Of a stretch of DNA of 64,000 bases, positions 62,548-64,000 are shown in pieces. Source of the stretch: an uncultured Nitrospiraceae bacterium (GTDB taxonomy: Bacteria; Nitrospirota; Thermodesulfovibrionia; Thermodesulfovibrionales; Dissulfurispiraceae). The translations under genes were made by a program, and so were the position numbers. Within the stretch, counting starts at the first letter, position 1, and each line of letters opens with the position of its first letter. The stretch covers positions 1,376,001 through 1,440,000 of the forward strand of contig CAVSHF010000003.1 of assembly GCA_963727805.1 (NCBI GenBank), written 5' to 3'. The notes under the pieces are model-generated. The model did no database searches. It was not told where the DNA came from and saw nothing but the letters and a program-made list of their open reading frames with translations.

Positions 62548-62633
62548 CTTAGGTGAAAGCAGGACAAAGTCGTTAGCCGCATACAGGAAATCGCCCAGGT
62601 TGCATCGCGTCATTCTGAACAATAAGCCCCATA

Positions 62634-63311
62634 TCATTGTATCACGATGAATCCGTACTGTCTGCCTACAGCACCTTTCGCATATCTGTATGAATAGTAT
62701 TTCTCAGGAAGGCAGTGCGTGCAGTCTTCTGATATCCAGACATTCTCCGGCAAAATGCCAGATGAAAGAGCCTGGTGTCTGTTCGCAGCTCCAAGATCCA
62801 CAAATCGGGTTTCTCCGCGTGCTAGGACATAGTCTCCGTTCCCTGTCTCTCTAGTTACTGCATCGACTACTTCCGGCCCGACTCCATAGCAGCATCCTTT
62901 TATGCTTGGCCCGATAGCGATGATAATATCCACTGGAGATGCATGAAAATAGTCTTTTAAGACAGCGATCGTTTTTTTTACTATACCAGCTGCCGTCCCA
63001 CGCCATCCTGCATGGACCGCGCCTGCTATATGTTTCTTTTTGTCGAACAGCAGTACCGGAACGCAATCAGCCACCTTAATACCGATGACAAGGCCTCTCC
63101 TGTTCGTCACCACTGCGTCGGCAACTTTCGGCTCCAGATCGTATTCTATAATGTTAATCTTATCGGTATGCCTCTGAAGAGGGAGATATGTAGTTTCAGC
63201 ATGTAATTCAGTACTAAGTCTGTCGACTTCGCCATGAAATCTCTTCGTAGTGAAGAAAGCGTGAACCGGAAGCCCTTTGAAGATATCGGGAGTAATGATC
63301 CCCGGGGTCAT
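62634..63311 (-). CDS. pgeF: Peptidoglycan editing factor PgeF / YfiH family
   Basis: QRH, ADA, VADCVPVLL, HAGWRG, IGPSI..CCY.V, CT.C..YYSYR. Confidence 0.9.
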   Translation of the reverse strand: MTPGIITPDIFKGLPVHAFFTTKRFHGEVDRLSTELHAETTYLPLQRHTDKINIIEYDLEPKVADAVVTNRRGLVIGIKVADCVPVLLFDKKKHIAGAVHAGWRGTAAGIVKKTIAVLKDYFHASPVDIIIAIGPSIKGCCYGVGPEVVDAVTRETGNGDYVLARGETRFVDLGAANRHQALSSGILPENVWISEDCTHCLPEKYYSYRYAKGAVGRQYGFIVIQ

Positions 63312-63330
63312 ACACGTGCTCTGATACCGA

Positions 63331-64000
63331 TCATGCCATGCAGCGGATCGTGTCAGATAAATACTCGATAATATCCGAGGCAATTAGCGAGTGCTCTCCT
63401 CTGACCTTTGCCGCCTCGTCACCCGCACGTCCATGCAGGTACACGCCCAATACGGCTGCATCAAATGGATTGAGCCCTTGTCCTGCCAGAGACGAAATAA
63501 TGCCGGTCAGGACATCTCCGGACCCGGCAGTAGCCATGCCTGGATTGCCGGTCGTATTGATGTAAACGTCACCTTCGGGTGCGGCGACGATTGTCGGAAC
63601 TCCTTTCAGTACAACATAAACTCCCGTCTCCTGCGAAAAAGATACGGCGGTATTTATCCTCTCTTTTTCAATTTTCGTTCTGACTTCTGCTTTATTACTT
63701 CCCGCTGAAGACTTAGGATTCAAAAGTCTTGCCATCTCTCCCGGGTGTGGTGTAATGATAACCGGCGATTTCGCATTACTCAGGATCTTAATGCTGTTTT
63801 TTAGTGCATTCAACCCGTCGGCATCAATCACCAAAGGGACTGGAGATTTCTGAATAAGGCAAGACGTGATCCTTGCGGTATCAGGAGTAACGCCGATGCC
63901 CGGACCGATGGAGATAATATCGGCCTTTTGAGAGGCGAAGCCGAGGATTATTTCAAGCGCTTTTTCATCGAGTGTCCCATTTCCCTTATCCGGCAAAGGC
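63331..64000 (-). CDS. nnrD: NAD(P)H-hydrate dehydratase domain (Nnr/YjeF), 5' end off the window
   Basis: IGPGIG, VIDADGLN, ITPHPGEMARL, LKG, GNPGMATAGSGDVLTG, YLHG.AGD. Confidence 0.93.
   Translation of the reverse strand, partial: PLPDKGNGTLDEKALEIILGFASQKADIISIGPGIGVTPDTARITSCLIQKSPVPLVIDADGLNALKNSIKILSNAKSPVIITPHPGEMARLLNPKSSAGSNKAEVRTKIEKERINTAVSFSQETGVYVVLKGVPTIVAAPEGDVYINTTGNPGMATAGSGDVLTGIISSLAGQGLNPFDAAVLGVYLHGRAGDEAAKVRGEHSLIASDIIEYLSDTIRCMA

Overview
Chromosomal window from an anaerobic bacterium, most likely Nitrospirota class Thermodesulfovibrionia (inferred from gene content and order, not from a search). About 85% is housekeeping and almost all on the minus strand: ade-recO-era-aspC-alr-tatA-mobA-amrB-dnaB-rplI, rimO-thiL-lon-galU, the tRNA-tuf-rpmG-secE-nusG-rplKAJL-rpoBC cluster, hisG, a Wood-Ljungdahl carbonyl-branch cluster (cooC-acsE-acsD-acsC-acsB-cooS), polA (split into two ORFs), HIT, UDG, nadK, tsaE, pgeF and nnr. 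Six tRNA genes and an L10 leader are readable. I found no CRISPR array, transposase or integrase. The most unusual part is a ~6.7 kb block (about 55.9-62.6 kb) between pgeF/nnr and CBS-tsaE. It holds two PAS histidine kinases with eroded ATP-binding boxes, ppnP, an internally deleted MCP gene, and an ATP-cone/PD-(D/E)xK nuclease fusion. It also holds a sigma-54-type promoter preceding an unannotated 43-aa ORF and a DUF1874 (AcrIII-1/Crn2-like cA4 ring nuclease) gene with an apparently intact catalytic signature but no CRISPR or viral context. Other notable points: a split polA whose Klenow-like half starts with a clamp-binding-like QRSLF motif, an rpmG stop codon overlapping the 5' end of tRNA-Trp, and an apparent CTG start for rplJ.
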